Assembly: GCF_000281045.1 (NCBI RefSeq)
Contig: NW_008246081.1
Coordinates: forward strand, 179,838 to 243,837
From: Saprolegnia diclina VS20
Taxonomy: Eukaryota
Length of the DNA: 64,000 nucleotides
Direction of reading: 5' to 3'
The notes beneath the pieces are model-generated. The model worked only from the letters and a program-made list of their open reading frames with translations. It made no database searches and had not been told where the DNA came from. Within the stretch, counting starts at the first letter, position 1; each line of letters begins with the position of its first letter. The position numbers were made by a program, and so were the translations under genes. Positions 57,250-64,000 of this stretch are shown here, piece after piece.

Positions 57250-58863
57250 ATGCAGCGCTCGATCATCGCGTCGCTCGTGGTCGTCGCGGCGAGCGCCATG
57301 GACGTCCAGACCGCGCACCACATCACAGACATGCCCAACTACAACGACAAGGCGCCCATCAACTTCAACCAGTTTGCGGGCCACATGCCATTGCCATCGA
57401 ACGGCCAAAAGATGTTTTACTGGCATGTCGAGTCCCAAGCCAACCCGTCCACCGACCCGCTCGTGCTTTGGCTCAATGGCGGCCCCGGGTGCTCGTCGCT
57501 CGGCGGCTTCTTCACCGAGCTTGGGCCGTTCGTCGTCGAGAGCGACCTTAGCGTCAAGCGCAACAAGTACGGCTGGAACCGCAAGACCAACATGGTCTTT
57601 CTTGAGTCGCCGTCCGGCGTCGGCTTTAGCCAGCCCTTCCTCAACGCCTCCGACTACAACGACGCGTTCACGACCGCGCGCGCGCGGGAGTTCCTCGCCG
57701 AGTTTCTCGTCGCGTACCCGTCGTACGCCGGCCGCGACTTTTACATCACGGGCGAGAGCTACGGCGGCATGTACATCCCGTACCTCGTCGACGCGCTTTT
57801 GACGGCGCCGATTCCCGGCCTCAACCTCAAGGGCTTTGCGATCGGCAACCCGTACACGGACGAAGCCATCGACAACGAAGCGTACCTGGACTACTACTAC
57901 ACGCACGGCATGATCTCGATCGAGGCGTACACCGACATCCAGGCAAAGTGCAATTTCAACGGTCTCGCCAAGTTTGCCGGTGTCTTCTCGGACCGCTCGA
58001 GCAACGACTCGTGCGCGGTGGCGGTCTCGGAGGGCATGGTGCAAGCTGAAACGGACAAGCTCAACGGGTACTACATCTACGGCGACGTGTGCCTCCTCCA
58101 GAACGACCAAGGCAACACGCTGCAGTACCGCGACATTCGCCCGCTGCACCGCGGCCCGTACGCGCCGTGCACCGACCAGTTTACGCAATCCTACTTGCGC
58201 TTGCCGCAAGTCCAAGCCGCGATCCACGTCTCGGGCAGCCACGTCGAGTGGAAGAACTGCGCTGGCCACGCTGCGATCAACTACACGCGGAGCAAGTCGT
58301 CGCTGCCGTTGTACCCGCGCATTCTCAACGCGAACCTCAAGGCGCTCATCTACAGTGGCGACGCCGACTCGGTCGTCAACTTTATCGGGACGCAGCGCTG
58401 GATCACGTCGAGCGGTCTCAAGCTCAACGTCGTCGACAAGTGGAAGGCGTGGTTTGGCCCGGACAAGCAGCTCGCGGGCTACACGGAAGCGTACCAAGGC
58501 CTCAACTTTACGACGGTCAAGGGCGCGGGCCACATGGTGCCTGCGGTGCGCCCACTCCACGCGCTCTACATGTTCGAGTGCTTTGTCTACGGCCAAGAGA
58601 CTTGCAACACGTTTGCGTACCCCAAGGACAACTTGGAGTATTTGACGGGCGCCGACGTCACGTACACGAACGACGATGACGACGATGACGCGACGACGCA
58701 GGCGACGCTCTCGTCGGGCGAGTCGAGCATGAACTGGGGCCTCTTTGCCGTGGCGCTTATCCTCGTTGGCACGATCATCTCGGGCGCTGTGTTTGTCATG
58801 CGGCGGCGCGCCAAGAAGCGCGAGTACGCGGACCTCGAGGAGAAGACACCGTTGACGTGCTAG
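57250..58863 (+). CDS. Serine carboxypeptidase S10 with C-terminal TM (intronless)
   Basis: WLNGGPGCSS, GESYGG, SGDADSVV and GAGHMVP. TM WGLFAVALILVGTIISGAVFVM. Confidence 0.95.
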   Translation: MQRSIIASLVVVAASAMDVQTAHHITDMPNYNDKAPINFNQFAGHMPLPSNGQKMFYWHVESQANPSTDPLVLWLNGGPGCSSLGGFFTELGPFVVESDLSVKRNKYGWNRKTNMVFLESPSGVGFSQPFLNASDYNDAFTTARAREFLAEFLVAYPSYAGRDFYITGESYGGMYIPYLVDALLTAPIPGLNLKGFAIGNPYTDEAIDNEAYLDYYYTHGMISIEAYTDIQAKCNFNGLAKFAGVFSDRSSNDSCAVAVSEGMVQAETDKLNGYYIYGDVCLLQNDQGNTLQYRDIRPLHRGPYAPCTDQFTQSYLRLPQVQAAIHVSGSHVEWKNCAGHAAINYTRSKSSLPLYPRILNANLKALIYSGDADSVVNFIGTQRWITSSGLKLNVVDKWKAWFGPDKQLAGYTEAYQGLNFTTVKGAGHMVPAVRPLHALYMFECFVYGQETCNTFAYPKDNLEYLTGADVTYTNDDDDDDATTQATLSSGESSMNWGLFAVALILVGTIISGAVFVMRRRAKKREYADLEEKTPLTC

Positions 58864-59149
58864 TCGTTCAATCCAAAGTACTTGGATCTCGACTAGTCGA
58901 GCGAGTGTAGCCGATCGGTATGGTTTGCAGTCGTACGTTGGTTAAGTAATCGGTGAGGATCGAGTGCGTTCGTCAGAAAATGGAACGAGAAAGACGTGGC
59001 TCCGGTGGCACTAGCTACTGCAATGACGACGCTCGGCTGATTCCGGAGTCTCACTTGCAGATGAAGTCTTCTTTGCCCGTCCTTCACGCCCTAAATCGCA
59101 CTGCGACCTCCAGTCGCAGACGCCGCCACGCGCGGTAGAACATAAGAAA

Positions 59150-59900
59150 GCTTTGTCCAGGGCTGAGATATCCAAGCACGCTGCTGTCCTGCCTGCTCAA
59201 CATTGTCTTTGAGCTTACGGTTTGTATTAGTATAGTAACCGCAAATGAAAAATCGAATCCAGGGGTAGGGGTTGAACCAGCGCCGCATAAACACGGTACG
59301 GAGATAGTACGCAATGCGACACCCGCATATCCCCTTGTCGAAGCAGCTGCGCCTCGTTCGTAGGCCATTTCGACCTCGAAAGGCTCCCACCAGCTCCAAC
59401 GCGCGTGCTTGGGTGCTTGACGGTCGCCCAGCGTTTGACATGGTCTCCACACCGGGTACTATTGGATAGAACGGGCAGCAACAGAGTACAACTTGGTCGC
59501 GGTCGAATATGACACAACTCGCCCCATGGGTGCCGTCCACTGTGCTCATCTGGACGATGGTGACCGGCAAGGTGCTGCTACTACTACTACTACGAGCTTC
59601 TTTACATGCATCGCTGTCCAGCGATCTCGCCATCTCGCTCACCACAGTAATACCAGCGCACCACGCTGCAGTGCACAGGTTCAACTAAGAACCACGTGGC
59701 CCAGCGCCGATCGCGATCCATCCACACAGTGGGATGCGTCCAGCTGCGCGCAACCGTCAATTGCCGAATCCAAGTACACTGGCCCTTCGCCTTCCCTTCC
59801 AGAATGTCTATTTGCCGCTGGAAGGCATCTGGAAGGATCGAGTACTTTTGTGATCATACCGGTAGTCCTCTCCAAATGCGATTGCATCGTCATCCTTGGG
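59150..59900 (-). mobile_element. Probable degraded PIF/Harbinger-type DDE transposase remnant
   Basis: Frameshifted minus-strand segments TVDGTH, DKG/GYAG and LSPYR occur in the order expected for Harbinger DDE nucleases. Confidence 0.35.
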
Positions 59901-60218
59901 CTCACAGCGCGGGCGGAGGGGCAAGTTGCTCGTGCAGGGGCGACTACGGCGGACGATTCAGCGTCGGAGAGTCGACGCATCAAGAAAAGCAGGCGACGGA
60001 CGCGGACCAAGTGTTGGCCAAGATGGTCAGGTCCAGAATAGAGCTGGTGTCGCATTACTGTGGCTTCTTGAGCCCTCGAGATTGGGTGCAAACGTACTTG
60101 CTTAAGGCAATTGACTGTCAGATGGCCTTCTTGAGCCAATCGGCGGCGAGATTGCCATCCGGCGACTCGGCCCCATCTTGTGGCTGCGCTGCATTGCCAC
60201 GGTCAGTATATCTTTGGC

Positions 60219-61886
60219 ATGCTGGCGCTCGTACTACTCTTGCTCGCGTGCTCGGCGGTCGCCGCCAAGGACGGCGCCCACGCCCACGCCATCGAGGCCC
60301 TCCCTGGCTACGACGACGCCAAGCCCATCAACTTTAACCAGTACGCCGGCCACCTCGTCCTACCCTCGAACGGCCAAAAGATGTTTTACTGGTTCGTCGA
60401 GTCCGAGTCCAACCCCGAAGTCGACCCGCTCGTGCTCTGGCTCAACGGCGGCCCCGGCTGCTCGTCGCTCGGCGGCTTCTTCACCGAGCTCGGGCCGTTC
60501 GTCGTCGAGAGCGACCTCAGCGTCAAGCGGAATCCGTACGCATGGAACCGCAAGACCAACATGCTCTTCCTCGAGTCGCCGGCTGGCGTCGGCTTTAGCC
60601 ACCCGCTGCTCAACGCGACTGAGTACAACGACGCGACGACAGCCGACCGCGCGCACGAGTTCCTTCGCCTCTTCTTTGACGAGTACAGCGAGTTCAAGAA
60701 CCGGCCGCTGTACATCACGGGCGAGAGCTACGCGGGGCAGTACATCCCGTACCTCGTGGCCAAGCTCATCGAGTCGCCGCTCGACGGCGTCAGCCTCGAG
60801 GGCATGGCGATCGGGAACCCTGTCACGGACGACGTCATTGACGGCAACGCCTACATGGAGTACTACTACACGCACGGCATGATCTCAATCGAGACGTACG
60901 ACGAGCTCCGGTCGATCTGCAAGAACGACGTTGGCAAGTACGCGGGCTTGTACGCCGACACGCCGTGCCTCAAGAACCCCAACGTCACGTGCGCCAACGA
61001 GTGCGAAAACCTCGTCCGCGACGCGATCGCGTCAGTGCAGACCGACAACCTCAACCCGTACTACATTTACGGCGACGTGTGCCTCTTGCAAAACAGCCAA
61101 GTCGGCGCGCTTCAGTATCGCAAGCTCGCGAGCGGCCACCGTGGCCCATACGCGCCGTGCACCGACAAGTTTACCGAAAAGTACCTTCGTCAACCCAGCG
61201 TCCAAGCAGCAATCCACGTTTACGGCGGCGTCGTCCCGTGGACCGACTGCAACGAGCAGATCGCGGGCATGTACACGCGGAGCTCGTCGGCGCTGCCGTT
61301 GTACCCGCGCATCCTCGCGACAGACCTCAAAACACTCATCTACAGCGGCGACGCCGACTCGGTCGTCAACTTTATCGGCACCGAGCGCTGGATCTCGCGC
61401 CAAGGGCTTCGCCTCAACGTGCTGAAAAAGTGGCATGCGTGGTTTGGCCCGGACAAGCAGCTCGCCGGCTACACGCAGCAGTACGACGGCCTTACGTTTT
61501 CGACGGTGAAAGGCGCGGGCCACATGGTCCCCGCGACGCGGCCGCTGCATGCGCTCTACCTCTTCGAGTGCTTCGTGTTTGGCGACGAACTCTGCCGCGG
61601 CTTTGAGTATCCCAAGGACAACCTCGAGTACCTCAGCGGCGAGGACGTCTCGGTCGACACGTCCGAGGCGTCGCTCATGTCGACGGCCGTGCGCCGAACG
61701 GTGCACGCGTACGTCGAAGAGGGCTCGCGCTTTGGCAGTCTTCTCGTGCTCGCGGGCGTCATGCTTGTCGTCTTCATCGCGATGAAGCAGTGGCGCCGCG
61801 ACGCCAAGAGCCCCGACTACTACGCGCACTTGACGGCCACGAACGTGCCCAAGTACGGCGACGATTGCTCGTGCAGCAGCCCGTGA
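60219..61886 (+). CDS. Serine carboxypeptidase S10 with C-terminal TM (intronless)
   Basis: WLNGGPGCSS, GESYAG, SGDADSVV and GAGHMVP. TM FGSLLVLAGVMLVVFIAM. Confidence 0.95.
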   Translation: MLALVLLLLACSAVAAKDGAHAHAIEALPGYDDAKPINFNQYAGHLVLPSNGQKMFYWFVESESNPEVDPLVLWLNGGPGCSSLGGFFTELGPFVVESDLSVKRNPYAWNRKTNMLFLESPAGVGFSHPLLNATEYNDATTADRAHEFLRLFFDEYSEFKNRPLYITGESYAGQYIPYLVAKLIESPLDGVSLEGMAIGNPVTDDVIDGNAYMEYYYTHGMISIETYDELRSICKNDVGKYAGLYADTPCLKNPNVTCANECENLVRDAIASVQTDNLNPYYIYGDVCLLQNSQVGALQYRKLASGHRGPYAPCTDKFTEKYLRQPSVQAAIHVYGGVVPWTDCNEQIAGMYTRSSSALPLYPRILATDLKTLIYSGDADSVVNFIGTERWISRQGLRLNVLKKWHAWFGPDKQLAGYTQQYDGLTFSTVKGAGHMVPATRPLHALYLFECFVFGDELCRGFEYPKDNLEYLSGEDVSVDTSEASLMSTAVRRTVHAYVEEGSRFGSLLVLAGVMLVVFIAMKQWRRDAKSPDYYAHLTATNVPKYGDDCSCSSP

Positions 61887-62340
61887 GAACCGTACTCGTC
61901 GTCTTCATCTTCTTTGTGTATCTAACATATCACCATTCGAATCGAGTCGCTCAGTTGCCAAACGATTAGTCGTTTTTCGACTATAAACACATGTGTTCTG
62001 CAAGGAGTGGTTGGAAACGAGTGCGATAGTTCGGTATGATCAATGCCCACATTCTGCCGACGTAAAACGCAACGTGCGATGGCAACGCTGAGGGCTTTGT
62101 TCATAGACTCAACACTCACAGTGGTCAAGCAAGAAGAGCAAAAAGGTACACCACGTGAGGTACATGTACTGTACTTGTGGACGATGCTGTTCAAGATCTT
62201 ATTTTGACATCCGGATAACACCACCAGAAGATCGCAACGTGTGGATGTTGCAGGAAAGAGGCCTGCTACAGCCTCGACGCATACTAGTATGTCGCCAAAC
62301 CGGTGCCAGTAGTCTCAACTTGGCAAATGCATCGGTGCCT

Positions 62341-63057
62341 NNNNNNNNNNNNNNNNNNNNNNNNNNNNNNNNNNNNNNNNNNNNNNNNNNNNNNNNNNNN
62401 NNNNNNNNNNNNNNNNNNNNNNNNNNNNNNNNNNNNNNNNNNNNNNNNNNNNNNNNNNNNNNNNNNNNNNNNNNNNNNNNNNNNNNNNNNNNNNNNNNNN
62501 NNNNNNNNNNNNNNNNNNNNNNNNNNNNNNNNNNNNNNNNNNNNNNNNNNNNNNNNNNNNNNNNNNNNNNNNNNNNNNNNNNNNNNNNNNNNNNNNNNNN
62601 NNNNNNNNNNNNNNNNNNNNNNNNNNNNNNNNNNNNNNNNNNNNNNNNNNNNNNNNNNNNNNNNNNNNNNNNNNNNNNNNNNNNNNNNNNNNNNNNNNNN
62701 NNNNNNNNNNNNNNNNNNNNNNNNNNNNNNNNNNNNNNNNNNNNNNNNNNNNNNNNNNNNNNNNNNNNNNNNNNNNNNNNNNNNNNNNNNNNNNNNNNNN
62801 NNNNNNNNNNNNNNNNNNNNNNNNNNNNNNNNNNNNNNNNNNNNNNNNNNNNNNNNNNNNNNNNNNNNNNNNNNNNNNNNNNNNNNNNNNNNNNNNNNNN
62901 NNNNNNNNNNNNNNNNNNNNNNNNNNNNNNNNNNNNNNNNNNNNNNNNNNNNNNNNNNNNNNNNNNNNNNNNNNNNNNNNNNNNNNNNNNNNNNNNNNNN
63001 NNNNNNNNNNNNNNNNNNNNNNNNNNNNNNNNNNNNNNNNNNNNNNNNNNNNNNNNN
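62341..63057. other. Assembly gap (N run)
   Basis: Run of N. Confidence 1.
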
Positions 63058-64000
63058 CTCGTGGCGGCGGTCGCCGCGAGCAGCATCAAGGAGCAGCATG
63101 TCATTCCCGTCATGCCCAACTACAACGACTCGGCGCCGATCAACTTCAAGCAGTACGCGGGCTATCTGGCGCTGCCGTCGAACGGCCAAAAGATGTTTTA
63201 CTGGCACGTCGAGTCCCAAGCCAACCCGGCGACCGACCCGCTCGTGCTCTGGCTCAACGGCGGACCCGGCTGCTCGTCGCTCGGCGGCTTCTTCAAGGAG
63301 CTCGGGCCGTTCGTTGTCGCGAGCGACCTTAGCATCAAGCGCAACAAATATGCGTGGAACCGCAAGGCCAACATGGTCTTCCTCGAGTCGCCGGCTGGCG
63401 TCGGCTTTAGCTCGCCGCTGCTCAACGCCACCGAGTACAACGACGACGTGACGGCCGACCGCGCGTATGAATTCCTCGAGCAGTTTATCGCTGCGTACCC
63501 TGAGTACCGTCATCGGCCCTTTTACGTCACGGGCGAGAGCTACGCCGGTCGGTACGTGCCCTTCCTGCTGCACAAGATGGTGACGCACCCGATCGTCGAC
63601 GTGACGCTGTCGGGCTTTGCGCTCGGGAACCCGTCGACCGACTACCACATTGACCACAACGCATATGTGGACTACTACTACAGCCACGGCCTCATCTCGC
63701 TCGAAAACTACGACGACGTCCTGACCAACTGCGGCGACGACGTCGGGCGTTGCGTCATTTCGTCCGACAACTGCACGCAAGCCTGCAACAGCGTGCTCCA
63801 GGAAGGCATCTTTTCCATCAACGAGTCGGCGCTCAACCCGTACTTTATCTACGGCGATGTGTGCCTCCTCGAAAACGGCCAAGCTCGAGCACTGCGCTAC
63901 CGCAAGATCCAGCCCATGCACCGCGGCCCGATTGGTCCGTGCGCCGACACGTTCACCGAGTCGTACCTCCGACTGCCGCACGTTCAGGCCGCTCTGCACC
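63058..64000 (+). CDS. Serine carboxypeptidase S10 (partial; start in gap, runs off window)
   Basis: LVAAVAASSIKEQHVIPVMPNYND..WLNGGPGCSS..GESYAG is open in one frame to the window end. Confidence 0.9.

Noticed and set aside
47518..58596. Long antisense ORFs (e.g. 47518..49185, 53740..54942, 55162..56388, 57214..58596)
   Set aside because: Shadow ORFs caused by high GC3 codon bias on the opposite coding strand; they contain no domain motifs.
61922..62340. Possible MULE-like transposase fragment (FPTTPCRTH)
   Set aside because: The similarity is too short and weak to support.

Overview
Gene-dense, GC-rich eukaryotic DNA with many ~36-56 nt GT-AG introns, CCAAT boxes and an oomycete INR/FPR-like core promoter. 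It is most consistent with an oomycete of the Saprolegnia type (inference). About 34 protein-coding genes are supported: a chaperonin-like BBS6/MKKS gene, a TRF4/PAPD5-like nucleotidyltransferase, Dam1, ARP4, a membrane-anchored cathepsin Z, an atypical metallophosphoesterase, a Med19-like/bromodomain fusion, a DHHC palmitoyltransferase, a caprin-like protein, a stand-alone Pol-beta lyase (HhH) domain protein, ORC4, ankyrin and C-C-C-H repeat proteins, HPPK-DHPS, a 4-gene tandem array of secreted EGF/Cys-rich putatively GPI-anchored proteins, SmE, a TBC RabGAP, four S10 serine carboxypeptidases, YchF, ZIP11, an A1 aspartic protease, a SHAQKYF Myb, an Erf4/GOLGA7-like gene and exportin-7. There are three assembly gaps and some degraded transposon-like remnants. 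No rRNA, tRNA or CRISPR array was seen. The most interesting signals are the apparent Med19-bromodomain fusion, lysosomal-type proteases that carry their own TM plus YxxPhi tail, the free-standing Pol-beta dRP-lyase domain, and the EGF/GPI array with a conserved RFL motif in a variable linker. All homology calls come from recalled family motifs, not database searches. Exon boundaries were read by eye.
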